The notes beneath the pieces were generated by a model. The model was given only the letters and a program-made list of their open reading frames with translations. It was not told where the DNA came from and made no database searches. A stretch of 64,000 bases of DNA from Porphyridium purpureum. Taxonomy: Eukaryota. The stretch is taken from positions 1,860,001 to 1,924,000 of the forward strand of contig VRMN01000003.1 of assembly GCA_008690995.1 (NCBI GenBank), written 5' to 3'. The translations under genes were made by a program, and so were the position numbers. Below are positions 7,373 through 18,170 of the stretch, in pieces (the stretch's first letter is position 1; every line of letters starts with the position of its first letter).

Positions 7373-8791
7373 ATGGAAGCGAATGAGGTCACAGTGGGCG
7401 CCGCCATTGAGCTTGCTGGACTTGGGCGCTTTCAGTACATGCTGGCGATGAAGTGCATCTTTATCTGGATGGCAGACGCGATGGAAATGATGTTGCTAAG
7501 CTTTCTAATCTGGGAGCTGCAGCCGCGACAACACAACGCGTCGTTGCTCGGTTCGGTCACGTTCGTGGGCATTTTTGTCGGGAGCATCGCGTACGGAATG
7601 GTCTCTGATCGTGTGGGTCGTCGAGTCTGCACGCTACTGGTGCTCCTAAACTTAGCTGCGTTTGGGTGCGCATCTGCGCTTGCGCCCAGCTTCGCGTTGC
7701 TCGTGCTGCTGCGAAGCTTGGTCGGTGTCGGTGTAGGCGGTGTGCCCGTGTCATTCGCGCTTTTTTGCGAGTTCATGCCCGCGCAGCATCGAGGCAAGAT
7801 GCTTGTTCTTGTAGAAAGAGGCGCGTGGGCGCTAGGTGCCATAGCAGAATCTCTGCTGGCGTGGCTCGTGCTCCCAAGGCTCGGCTGGCGCGCCTTTCTG
7901 GCTCTCTCTGCCGTGCCGTCATTTCTCGCGTGCTGTTTGTATCCGTGGCTCCCAGACTCCCCGCACTTTCTCATCTGCGCGGGCCGTCTCGATGAAGCCG
8001 CCATTCAAATTGCCGAGGTTGCACGGGTCAATGGCAATTTACTTCCACCCGACTTTAAGCTCGCGGGAGTGGCGCCGAACGATGCACGCGGCAATATTAT
8101 GCGCCTTTTTTCAAGGTCGATGTGGGCTGAAACGCTCCTGATCTGGTTGCTCTGGCTCACGAATGTGGCGCTGTATTATGGCATTGTACTAATTTCGCCT
8201 GGCTTCCTCGAAAGCCGGCACGAAAACATATTTCTAGGAACCATGGTGAGCGCAGTGGCAGAACTTCCGGGCCTGGTCGCGTGCATGGTCATGATTGACC
8301 GAATCGGGCGTCGTGCGACGTGTGCGCTCCTGATGGCATTCGCGTGTGGTTCGCTGGGTCTACTTTGTGCGAATCTCCAAGCAATGCCGAGACCCGTTGC
8401 CAGCGCTGCGCAACTCGTGGCGCGAGCCAGTCTCGCTGGGACGTTCAACGCGCTTTACGTGAGCACTGCCGAATTCTACCCAACCTCTATCCGAAGCACC
8501 GGCGTCGGCGCGGCATCCGCGGCATCCCGCATTGGCGGCTTTGTCACTCCATGGATAGCCAGTCTCGGGACATCTGGGATTGACGCCGACGCTCGTTCGT
8601 TCCGTCTGCCTCTGGCCATTTACACGGCCATGGCGCTGGTCTCCACAGTGCTCGCCATGCTGCTTCCGTTTGAGACCAACGGTGTCATCATGTCAGACGA
8701 ACGTCCAGCTCTCAAACACGAGCGCATTCCGAATGGCGCTCGAAGATCCGATTCACAGGACCGCACAGCCGATGCCGTGCTTTGTCACTAG
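7373..8791 (+). CDS. MFS transporter, SVOP/SV2-related organic cation-like family
   Basis: GLGRFQ, WMADAMEMMLLSF, SDRVGRR, EFMPAQHRG, PDSP, IDRIGRR, AEFYPTSIRSTGVG; about 12 hydrophobic segments. Start placed at the first ATG. Confidence 0.9.
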   Translation: MEANEVTVGAAIELAGLGRFQYMLAMKCIFIWMADAMEMMLLSFLIWELQPRQHNASLLGSVTFVGIFVGSIAYGMVSDRVGRRVCTLLVLLNLAAFGCASALAPSFALLVLLRSLVGVGVGGVPVSFALFCEFMPAQHRGKMLVLVERGAWALGAIAESLLAWLVLPRLGWRAFLALSAVPSFLACCLYPWLPDSPHFLICAGRLDEAAIQIAEVARVNGNLLPPDFKLAGVAPNDARGNIMRLFSRSMWAETLLIWLLWLTNVALYYGIVLISPGFLESRHENIFLGTMVSAVAELPGLVACMVMIDRIGRRATCALLMAFACGSLGLLCANLQAMPRPVASAAQLVARASLAGTFNALYVSTAEFYPTSIRSTGVGAASAASRIGGFVTPWIASLGTSGIDADARSFRLPLAIYTAMALVSTVLAMLLPFETNGVIMSDERPALKHERIPNGARRSDSQDRTADAVLCH

Positions 8792-9135
8792 CAGCACCTT
8801 GCGCAGATACGCGCTCGACTGCGTGGCTCGCATATTCGATTCACGTGTCGTTTCTGCCAGTTTCCAGTCACCGGATGAGGAAAATGGGCCTGTTTTGTGA
8901 ATTTCGTGAGCTGCACGAAAGGAGAAAAAAAAAAAAAGAAAGGAAAAAAAGATCGAACGAGAACGGGGGCGCAACATCTGGGAGGTAGACATAGACAGGT
9001 TCGTGGTCTGGCTTTGGTGAAGGTAGGTTTGCGACAGACGACAAGAGTGTAGGAGAGAGTAATTGGCTGTCCGTTTCGGGCTGCGAGAGTGGGATAGCGC
9101 ATTGAATTCTGTAGAGTCCTGTGAGAACATACATC

Positions 9136-9743
9136 ATGGCCGACGCTGAGCCAGCCGTGCCGACGGCGAACCCGGTGTGGCTGGAGAATTGGCTGCGCGA
9201 CACCAGGCAGCGCTCGTGCGAGCGTCTGGTGCTCGACGACGGAGACACGGAGAGCGCGTCGGGAATTACCGCGAGAATGTCGCTGGACTCTCAGTCAAGT
9301 AGTAGCTTAGAAGGTTCCATCCTGCAGGGTGCAGGCTTGGAGACAGACGCTGCAGAGGCTGCTGTAGCTGAGCCCTATTCTTATTATGAGGATGTATTTG
9401 ACTCGGTGCTTGTGTGCGGGCTTATCCTTGCTGGTGCTTCATTGAGCCTTCTGAATGGCGCGTCTGCGGAATGAGAGAGAAAACGCCAAAGTGGGAAGCG
9501 AATGGCAAGAGCCTCCTGAAAATATTATGGGTTTTTTGATTCTGGTGACAGGTGAATTGCATGAAAAGTGATACATCTTGGGATGAAGCTGCACAGCCGG
9601 CGTGGTGTCAGCACTCGTGCGCGACCACGCCGAAGTGCGTTTGCTGCGAAGTTGCGAAAGACGGAGCAGAAATCCATCTACACGTGGCTCATGAGAAGGC
9701 CATTTTATTGGTATCGTGCAGCACGTGCGCGACGTCTGAGTGA
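9136..9743 (+). CDS. Small hypothetical protein, possibly two exons (9136-9411 and 9552-9743) with Cys-rich C-terminus
   Basis: Protein-like ORF MADAEPAVPT... A candidate GT at 9412 and CAG at 9549-9551 would join it in phase to VNCMK..CVCC..CSTC. Splice signals are weak. Confidence 0.35.
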
Positions 9744-9835
9744 CATAGTGTGAAGTCTTGAGCATTTGCCAACAAAGTACATTTTATACATAGGAAGACA
9801 CATTGACTCACGACCGGGACCGCGCGTGCGGCCGT

Positions 9836-11320
9836 TCAACTCGCCAGCAGACGTGCTCCCATTACAAGACAGCTGAACAACACCACTTTTCGGAAGTTAT
9901 CCGGGTCCAAGCGCGTGGTGACCCATCGGCCAGCAATAATGCCAAGACAGACAACTGGAAGGCTGGACTTGACAAACTCCATCACGTAGAAATCGTCCAT
10001 GCGGCCCTGCGAAAGATCGTGCGCAATCACTGCGACCGAATTGATCGCACAAACGGCCAGGATACTGGCCCGGACTTCGTTGGCGCGAAAGTCAGTGCCC
10101 TGTGTCCAGAAAACAAGGGGCGGGCCCTGAATGTCAAACGCGCCTCCGAACAAGCCGGCCAAGGATCCCCAGAACACCGACCCACTCTTTGACGCAAACC
10201 ATTTGGGCGCCTTGAGACCTGAGCTAAGATAGACCACAAAGCCCAAGATGACCGCGCCCAGCGTCTTGAGTGCTACGCCAACGTCAACGCAATTCAGCAT
10301 CTCCGCGCCGAACGGAGTGGCGCACACGGACGCAAGGATAACTGGTGCGCAGTCCTTCCACTTGACTTCACGCCAGCTGGGAATCAAGTTGACACTTGAC
10401 ACGAACAAACCGCAGATGGCCGCAATGGGCTGCACGTCCTGCAGCAAGTTCGAGTTTGAGATCCAAGGAAACTGCGTCAGGATACCAACTGAAACAATGG
10501 CGAACCCAAAACCAGTCAGACTCTGTGTAAACGCAGACAGTCCCAGTGCAATCGGCACGACCGAGTTTGGGCTTTGCAAGTGCTGCATGAATCTTTCAAA
10601 AACGCCTTGCTCCGTGGCCGGCGGCAAAAGGTCCATCAGCGGCTCGACTGGAAGCGGCGAGCTCTGGACGCACAGTGACAGAATTAGCGCGAACGCACCG
10701 ACCAGCGCGGCGACATTTGCTGCTGTCAAGGTGTCTGCGTGGAAGAAGAATTCCTGCAGCTCTCGAATCACATCCGTTCTCTTGGTGCGCGGATCTTCTT
10801 TTTGTCGCTCGGCCACCCGGCTTAACCCATCGTCCAGAAAGGCGTCCAGGCTGCTCAGGCGCGACAGGTGGCGTGATGGACTTTCCTCCAGTGATCTGTC
10901 CGCTCGCAACGCGTCGTCCCGAACACTTTCTTCTGGTCTGTTGGGCTGTGGGCTCGCGATATTCACGCGTACTTGCGACGGAATGACAATGGAATTGAGA
11001 CTGCCGAGCGAACGATCTTCTCCTAGAGCGCTCGCAGAATCAGAACCGTCACTCAAGCGGTCAGCCTCTTGCTGAACCTGCTCTGTGCAGCAGCGCAGCG
11101 CGACTCTCCGGCTCCTGCGCGCCGCGCCAGACACCGCGCGCCAACGAGGCAACCCTGCGCCAAAACCACCCGCATGCGTCACGCCAGATCTCGTCTCACC
11201 CCACGCCCTCAGCCCTGCCGCCTGCTTCCCGCCCGCTCCCACGCCAGCCCACCCACCACACGCAAACGCGCCGACCGCATTCTGCCCCATGCGCGCAGTT
11301 CCGCGTTCCTCTCTTGCCAT
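9836..11320 (-). CDS. TauE/SafE (TSUP) sulfite-exporter family membrane protein with plastid-transit-like N-terminus
   Basis: SAFTQSLTGFGFAIVS, GSLAGLFGGAFDIQGPPLV and about 8 TM segments. N-terminal extension rich in Ala/Gly/Arg. Exact start uncertain. Confidence 0.85.
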   Translation of the reverse strand: MAREERGTARMGQNAVGAFACGGWAGVGAGGKQAAGLRAWGETRSGVTHAGGFGAGLPRWRAVSGAARRSRRVALRCCTEQVQQEADRLSDGSDSASALGEDRSLGSLNSIVIPSQVRVNIASPQPNRPEESVRDDALRADRSLEESPSRHLSRLSSLDAFLDDGLSRVAERQKEDPRTKRTDVIRELQEFFFHADTLTAANVAALVGAFALILSLCVQSSPLPVEPLMDLLPPATEQGVFERFMQHLQSPNSVVPIALGLSAFTQSLTGFGFAIVSVGILTQFPWISNSNLLQDVQPIAAICGLFVSSVNLIPSWREVKWKDCAPVILASVCATPFGAEMLNCVDVGVALKTLGAVILGFVVYLSSGLKAPKWFASKSGSVFWGSLAGLFGGAFDIQGPPLVFWTQGTDFRANEVRASILAVCAINSVAVIAHDLSQGRMDDFYVMEFVKSSLPVVCLGIIAGRWVTTRLDPDNFRKVVLFSCLVMGARLLAS

Positions 11321-13321
11321 CCGCTTACCTTCCACCCAGAGCGGCACCTGCCGTCTCGTCCGTCACGCCCTTCCTCTCTCTCTCTTTCTCGCACAGTGCG
11401 TACCTGTGTGAATATGAGAGTCTCTCTGTCGCGCCACACGAGTGTGACTGCTGCTTCCTACGTCTCCAATTCACTCACCAGTCTCCCCTCTATCCCTCAC
11501 ACACGCACCATCCACTACTCACTCCAACCCCTCCTTCAATCCCCATGACGCAACTTCATTGCAAACCCGCATGAGCCTTCTTCCTCTTCCTCTTCCGCGT
11601 CTTCTTATGTTCTTCTTATTTGTGTTCCATTAATGCAGTAAGCCTTGTTTTCTATAATGCGAACAGGAAGAGGAAGAAGTACACTCGATCTCGCCGTTCC
11701 ACCTCGCTCGTGGTTGGTTCTTCCACCGCGACAATCAACTACAAAAGAACGCATGCCGCATGAGTCAAGTAGTACGACACAGCTGTACCTCACTGTTCAC
11801 GGAACGTGCTGGAGGGCGATCCAGAAACACGGAAGGGTGTTCCGTGGAAGTACAGCTGACGGGATACGTGGTGTGTGGGCGGTGAAGGGGGTCAGGTGTG
11901 GGTGGGTCAGATGCATTCATGATGAGACTGGACGTGGCGTCCGGCGCTGAAGCATTCGGGGCGATGGAGAACGTTGGTGACGCGCGTAAAGGTTCTTCTT
12001 CGTCTCAAATAAAGATATACATAAATATATGCATTCGTACATGTGCTGGAGATGGCTTTTGCTTTTCCCGTTTTCCTCTCTCCTTTTCTTTCTTCTGTTT
12101 GCTTCCAGACTCGCACAGACAAAGTGGAAGGGTCCAAGCGAGCTCAGCTTTCGGTGGATTGCCGCGGGCGCTGCCGAACCGTGAATGGATCGAATGCTGC
12201 TTTGCTCTGTCTCGCTATCGCAGCCGTGCTCACGACCTGCCACAAGACGTGCTCGATACATAGACAAGAGTCGAGTGCGGAGAGAGACACTGAATCACGT
12301 AGTCTGTCTTTCCAAAAAGCAAAACTCACAAAAAGCCTGACGAGATTGGAAGAGCTGGCGGCAGAAACAATAAGAATATGCTCTGCCGTGGTCACGTCGA
12401 GCACGATAATGATGGCGTTCATACCTTCACGATTGTCTGGTGGCTCCAAGGGGTAAGATTCTGCATCATCACACCAAGAGGACAAGCTACTCAAAGTCCT
12501 GCAAGGAAAAAAAACGGTTGCTGGCGCCGTTGAAATCGCGATGCGTGAATATGCTCCAGGTCGCGGCGAAGCAATTCTAGACCTCGGCGCCGCACCGTGA
12601 CGCCACAAACAGATAGCATGACGTTCGGGCCCAGCTCGAAAAGAGACTAGCAGATGCGCATGCGGCTGTTGCCACCATGGCGGCGCCAGCGCGTTAACGT
12701 GACCAGAGCATTCGAACGCGGACAGGACTGGTTCATCGGAAGGATAGGACGAGTTTCTCCCGACGGCCTCATTGGACCGGAAACTACAAAGGTCTTTCGC
12801 ATTCTCCAAACCTTTTCGCTGGCAGCGGGCCGGTATGTCAAACCCCATTGGAAAGCCAAAGTATCGTTTCTTTCGAGAAACGTGGAGGACCGTGAGAACT
12901 CAAAACCACATGCCTCTCCGGTATCCTCCTTGTGTGCGCCTGCGAACACGCATTACTGCAGTGCCGCTTCTCCATGGACATGTGCAGCTCCCTCTGCGGC
13001 GGGCGCGGGCCCTTCAGATCGCACCCACTGCCATCACATGCAGTGTTTGGCTGGGCGCTCGAGCCGCCCGTCAATTCAGCTACTAGTGCTGACGCCGGCG
13101 CGTGCGCGTGGCTTGCCGGTGCCGCAGCCGCACCAGCCGCACCAGCCGCCGAAGCCCTCGGTGCCACTGCGACCGATGCCTCTCTCCTCAGCTTGTTCTA
13201 TGACATGATGCCCACGCCTTCTGGCGCGGCTAGGTTCTGACACTGCCCCTCGGTCTGTCGCGTCATCCGATGGCGGGCAGGAGGCTGGAGAGCGCCAGAG
13301 GAGACGTGGTGCAGCCGTGTG

Positions 13322-14548
13322 ATGGGGATGAAGCTGGGTGAGAAGCTGCGGAGATGGACGATGCAAGCGAATCTGTGGTCTGGAAAAGGCCAGGGAAGTA
13401 GTTTGTTGTTTTGTCATCGGCGGTATGGAACCGGCCTGGTGAGTCGCGATCCGTCGAGATTCACACGGCTGCTTCTGGCAAGTGACCGCGTGATAACACG
13501 TGCAAAGGATTTCAACAAGTTTATAGATCCTGAGCTTGTGAGTGGGATCGACGGGACTGCCTATGCTCCGAGATATGCTGTGCTCGCGTCCTCGTCGCGC
13601 GGGCCGGAACATTGCGCGATGCTGCGACCCTCGATGGAAGAACTAGATCAGAACAACGCGCTTGCATGGCATGCTCAGATTTTTTTGCGCGCATGGCAGT
13701 TTCTGAAATCCTTAGGCGTCGTGCAGCGTGAGCCGAAGAGGCGGTATTTCATGCTGCGAGACGGCGAGCTGTACGATTTCACACATTCGGACTTTGTTGA
13801 GCGCGGGTGGGATCCAAACATGGAACTCAGACGGCCGTTTGATTTGCGCGAGATCATGCCGATAGCAAATTTAGCCGCTGGCTCAGTTTTGGAGCTCGTC
13901 AACTCGGGAGACATACAAGCACTGCAGCCACTTATGGACCCAGTCGCGTATTCCGAGATCAGCTCGTATGTTGCTCGCGAAGAAGCGTGTTTGCTTCCTC
14001 CGCGAGAGCCATTCCAGCATTTCTCAGCGGTCCCTGAAGCTCTGTGTTGCGCGAAGACGACTCTCGAAATTCGAACTGGGGCGGGGGAACCGCTGCAACA
14101 AGACAAGGAGTGGCTGCAACAGCATGTGGAATCCGCGGACGGATCAGCGTGGAAGGCCTATTTTCACTTGGTTCTTGACCTGCCCATGCGCCTTGAATTT
14201 CAGCGCCAAGGAGATCCATCGACCACAACGGCGTTTACAATCGTACGGATGGACTTCATAACCCCAGCGTGGCAGCTGTCGCTCGCGCAGACCATGTTGG
14301 CCAAGAAGAGTTGGATGGGTCCATTGCAAGACACGCCTCCACGCGAATTCCCTGAAGACGTTAGCGAGACCATCTTGCACGAAGTGGTCGACGGTATCCT
14401 GGACGATATGTACGTTTTCAAGCATACGCCTGAACTCGAAACGACGGACGCTGAAAAAGACGGACAGATGCTCAAGCCAGATTGGATTCTCCACCAGATT
14501 CTGCCCGGCCCAGGCTTGCAATCTTTCAAAAGGTTGGCATTCATGTAG
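13322..14548 (+). CDS. Hypothetical protein with mitochondrial-presequence-like N-terminus (weak Tim44/MAIP1-like resemblance)
   Basis: 409-aa ORF with natural composition and a basic, Arg-rich N-terminus. Segment FDLREI..LVNSGDIQALQPLM resembles Tim44-like folds only loosely. Confidence 0.6.
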   Translation: MGMKLGEKLRRWTMQANLWSGKGQGSSLLFCHRRYGTGLVSRDPSRFTRLLLASDRVITRAKDFNKFIDPELVSGIDGTAYAPRYAVLASSSRGPEHCAMLRPSMEELDQNNALAWHAQIFLRAWQFLKSLGVVQREPKRRYFMLRDGELYDFTHSDFVERGWDPNMELRRPFDLREIMPIANLAAGSVLELVNSGDIQALQPLMDPVAYSEISSYVAREEACLLPPREPFQHFSAVPEALCCAKTTLEIRTGAGEPLQQDKEWLQQHVESADGSAWKAYFHLVLDLPMRLEFQRQGDPSTTTAFTIVRMDFITPAWQLSLAQTMLAKKSWMGPLQDTPPREFPEDVSETILHEVVDGILDDMYVFKHTPELETTDAEKDGQMLKPDWILHQILPGPGLQSFKRLAFM

Positions 14549-14861
14549 CACAGCGCTCAGCCAAGCATAGGATTAACTACATCGCAAAGTAAAAATGTAA
14601 GAGGTGCTACAGACAGGGCGACATGCGCAGTAGATGAGGATAAAGGGGAAGATTTATCGCGCCAGCAGCATTGCCGCAACTTTCTACCAAGTCGCATGCT
14701 GCTTGAGACACTTCTGTCCTTCCACGTTCATCGAGATCCATGACATGTTCAAGTGGTAGAATGAAACAAATGACTCTGGTTTAGTGGAGAGGGCGAGCTT
14801 GTGGCGGGACGTGGACTGGAGACGGCTGCAGGGAGCTCGAAGGGACGGAACGACGTGGGAA

Positions 14862-16685
14862 ATGGTGCCCGCATTCGTGTTCTCTGCGACCCCGACAGGC
14901 GCGACGCGCGACGCACTGGTGCAGTCGAAAAGACTGCAGGTGCGTCGGCAGGAATGCCGCGCGTGTCGGCGCTCCATGCGCGCGGCGGTGTCGTCGGGCA
15001 CTGATGCGGCGGGCTCCGAGATCGCGTCACCTGGACAAGCAGTGGTCATGCCGAAGCCTCTTACGTCGTATGAAAGGATCAAGCGCTCTGTGACCTTTTG
15101 GTCTCGCGTCGTGCCCATTTTGCTCAAGTATCGGCAGACAAAACGCCGAATCGAGTCGTCGAGCACCTACCTGTCCAAGCAGGAGCGGGAAGAAATTTGG
15201 AATCAAACGCACGAGTGGGGCTCAGATGAGCTGATTAATGTCATTCAGGAGCTCAAAGGCTTTTATGTCAAGTCGGGACAGGTGATTTCTTCGCGCGTAG
15301 ATTTGTTCCCTGAACCATACATTCGCAAGCTCTCGGTGCTGCAGGATTCTATTGAACCAATCGATACTGCCATAGTCAAAGAAATCGTGAGACAAGAGCT
15401 CCTCGAAGGCGAGCCTCTTGAAACCCTCTTTTCGCACTTTGAGGAGAAGCCGCTCGGCTCAGCGTCCATTGCCCAGGTTCACCGCGCTGTGCTCGTGGAC
15501 GGGCGCATAGTGGCTGTTAAAGTGCAGCGGCCGGCAGAAGAGCCCAAACTACGCGCAGATATTGCAAATCTCAAGCTGTTTGCCAAGCGTTTCCGAGAGC
15601 AACTTCCCGCAGACTACTTTATTATTTTTTCCGAGCTTGAGCGTGCGCTGTACAATGAGCTCGACTTCCAGAGTGAGGCGCTCAATCAAGAGAAAATTCA
15701 CGCTACCATTGCACATCTTCCAAACGGTCAACTAGCAGAGCCGCCACTGGTAGTGCCCCGACCGATTCCTGGCCTTGTGACGCGCAAGGTGCTCGTTATG
15801 GAATTTGTCCAAGGCCTACCCCTGCTCAAGGCCCAGGCGGCCATGAAGGAGCGTGGGTATGCTGCAAGCTCTCCAGAGAGCCGTCTTGTGGGACTCCGCC
15901 TTTTGGAGTCGCTCACCGAGGCCTACAGCCGGCAAGTCTTTGGCTCAGGAATCTTGCATGGTGACGCACATCCGGGAAATATTCTGGTGCTACCGGAAGC
16001 ATCTGGTTTCGCGCTGATTGACTGCGGGCAGGTGAAACAGCTCTCGGGCAGCTTACAGCAGCTTTTGGCTCGCACTATGTTGTGCGTGCGTGACTTTGGA
16101 GACTTTGGAAAGGGCTCCAGCGCCTTCCCGCGAGCCAAGGTTGCGGAGCTCGCGGGCCTTGTGCGCGAGTTCGGCGTTCAAGTGAATGGCGTTGATGAGG
16201 AGCAGCAGGACAATGTGCTGGCCTCCTGTGGCTTGGTTTTATTTGGGCCTTCCAATATGGAGCGATTGCCCGGAGGTCTGAGTCCGCGTGAACTGGATCC
16301 TAATTCTCCAATCAAGCAGGTGAGCTCGTTTCCGCAAGAGCTGGTGATGTTGGGGCGTGCGACCATTTTGATCAAAGGGCTTGCAGCGCGTTTAAATATT
16401 CCCTGGTTCCTCGCTGAAAAATGGGCTCCCGCGGCTGAGCAGGCGCTGCAGTGTGGAGTCGAAGGCTGCTACCGCGTGCCTGTATACGCCAAGCCGCCGC
16501 CACCAGTTGGCGCAGCGCAGCTGCCCCTCAGATCTTCCGCCACGGCAGGCCGGCCAAAGTTCCGTGAGGTTGTTAGCTTGTTCCGATCCTGGGCGAAGGG
16601 AAAGTCAATCGAGATGCTTCCAGCTAGCGCTAAATCCGTGCTTGCCGAGCGCGCCCTTGCAAAGCAACTGGAAGAAAACAAATAA
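14862..16685 (+). CDS. ABC1/UbiB atypical kinase (ABC1K), likely plastid
   Basis: LKGFYVKSGQ, PLGSASIAQVHRA, VAVKVQRP, ELDF..EA, VLVMEFV, HGDAHPGN, LIDCG. Confidence 0.93.
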   Translation: MVPAFVFSATPTGATRDALVQSKRLQVRRQECRACRRSMRAAVSSGTDAAGSEIASPGQAVVMPKPLTSYERIKRSVTFWSRVVPILLKYRQTKRRIESSSTYLSKQEREEIWNQTHEWGSDELINVIQELKGFYVKSGQVISSRVDLFPEPYIRKLSVLQDSIEPIDTAIVKEIVRQELLEGEPLETLFSHFEEKPLGSASIAQVHRAVLVDGRIVAVKVQRPAEEPKLRADIANLKLFAKRFREQLPADYFIIFSELERALYNELDFQSEALNQEKIHATIAHLPNGQLAEPPLVVPRPIPGLVTRKVLVMEFVQGLPLLKAQAAMKERGYAASSPESRLVGLRLLESLTEAYSRQVFGSGILHGDAHPGNILVLPEASGFALIDCGQVKQLSGSLQQLLARTMLCVRDFGDFGKGSSAFPRAKVAELAGLVREFGVQVNGVDEEQQDNVLASCGLVLFGPSNMERLPGGLSPRELDPNSPIKQVSSFPQELVMLGRATILIKGLAARLNIPWFLAEKWAPAAEQALQCGVEGCYRVPVYAKPPPPVGAAQLPLRSSATAGRPKFREVVSLFRSWAKGKSIEMLPASAKSVLAERALAKQLEENK

Positions 16686-16694
16686 ATACATTGA

Positions 16695-18170
16695 CTATGT
16701 CCTCTCCGGTTCTGCGCGATGTGAGAAGCCGTAGATGTTGCTTAGGTTATCTGTAGTGGTGCACCACGCCTTATAGACAGTGCCCATTTCGTCTGGAGAC
16801 ACAAGGCGAACAAAGTCCTTCTGCAGTTTTGCCAATTCTTGCTCTGACGTGCCCGCCTTTGCCGCAAGCGCCTGAAAGCGCTCGCGGATTCCCAGCTCAA
16901 CCAAAAAGTCGGCTTGAGTGACCATACCATGCTCACATAGCCCATGCACATACTCCACGCCTTGTTTCCGACTGTGCATGACATTGTCCACAGCGCTCGA
17001 CAGCGCCCCGAAATCCACATCCGCGGTCAGGTCAGCCTCGCCTGGTGCAGTCAGAATGTGTTGAAATTGATGCCGCTGAATGGCTCGGACGGACGAGGCG
17101 ATGGGGCCGCCATTACCATAGTCGATAACAAGTGCAGAACCACCAGGCACGCTCCGCCTCATAACGTCGAGCACGAGCTCCATCACAACGAGTGCCTCTG
17201 GGCAGATCTCCACGCAGCCGCCAGGAAGCGCCTTCGTCTCGAGCGCGGAGACGACGCGCTCCTTGTACGCCGGAGCGTCCATGTACATGCACGCTTTGGT
17301 GCGCGCGCGCGACACCACCATGGATAATTGGTCCTTCTCATCGGCAGCCACCATTTTTTCTCTCCACACCGCAAGCGCGGGGTCCCACACGAGTTGATGC
17401 ACAGGCAGGGCGTCGAAGAATTCTTGCGCTAAGAAAATCGGTGCAGCGTTAAATGAATCCTTACTTGCGTGATACGCATGTACCGAATCGAACCAGTGCA
17501 CTTTTAGTCCGCCGCCGGCCTCATCCATAAAGGGCTGCAACTTGGCCTGCTGCATTTCTCGAAGTTTCGAACTGGCCTCGACCAAATGCAGCTCAAGTCG
17601 ATCGGCCCACCGCGGGCTCTTTAGAAGTGTCTTGATGGCACGCAGCGCGTCCGCAATCATTGTTCCACGGCCCGGACCCAGTTCGACGAGCTCGATCTTC
17701 GACCTTAACGGCAGCTTGTGCATGATCGTCACACACCAGACTCCGACGAGCTCTCCGAACGTTTGCGAGACCTCCGGTGCGGTAACAAAGTCTCCGCTCG
17801 CGCCAAACACATCGCTCTTGCTGTAGTATCCAAGCGTATTATGCGTCAGACACTGTTTCATGAACTCGGCAACGGACATGGGTTGCGACGCTCGGATAGT
17901 CCGCGCGAGTAGCCTCCCCAGAGCGGTACTCGGGACCGGCGCGTTGAGGCTCGCAGGTGACGGGCCGACGCTCTCGCCTTCACCACTCGCATAGAATTGT
18001 GTTTGTCCCCTGAGCCCAGATCGATCAATCTTGATCTCTGTGAAGCTTTCGTCGCCTCCATCACTCGCGCGGCTGCTCAGTGCGCGACCACACGCGGCGC
18101 GAAAGCTTTGCCCAAGCAACGGCGACGCTTGGCACAGCCGCCACCCTCTTCCAGCCGCTAGCGCGCGCAT
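16695..18170 (-). CDS. NDUFAF7: Protein arginine methyltransferase NDUFAF7/MidA
   Basis: GYYS..FGASGDFVTAPEVSQTFGELVGVW, LVELGPGRGT, AQEFFDALP, IDYG, PGEADLTADVDF; mitochondrial-like presequence. Confidence 0.93.
   Translation of the reverse strand: MRALAAGRGWRLCQASPLLGQSFRAACGRALSSRASDGGDESFTEIKIDRSGLRGQTQFYASGEGESVGPSPASLNAPVPSTALGRLLARTIRASQPMSVAEFMKQCLTHNTLGYYSKSDVFGASGDFVTAPEVSQTFGELVGVWCVTIMHKLPLRSKIELVELGPGRGTMIADALRAIKTLLKSPRWADRLELHLVEASSKLREMQQAKLQPFMDEAGGGLKVHWFDSVHAYHASKDSFNAAPIFLAQEFFDALPVHQLVWDPALAVWREKMVAADEKDQLSMVVSRARTKACMYMDAPAYKERVVSALETKALPGGCVEICPEALVVMELVLDVMRRSVPGGSALVIDYGNGGPIASSVRAIQRHQFQHILTAPGEADLTADVDFGALSSAVDNVMHSRKQGVEYVHGLCEHGMVTQADFLVELGIRERFQALAAKAGTSEQELAKLQKDFVRLVSPDEMGTVYKAWCTTTDNLSNIYGFSHRAEPERT

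Noticed and set aside
11577..11679. 15-bp inverted repeat CTTCTTCCTCTTCCT / AGGAAGAGGAAGAAG
   Set aside because: Low-complexity purine/pyrimidine tracts are common in these intergenic regions; no TSD seen to support a MITE.
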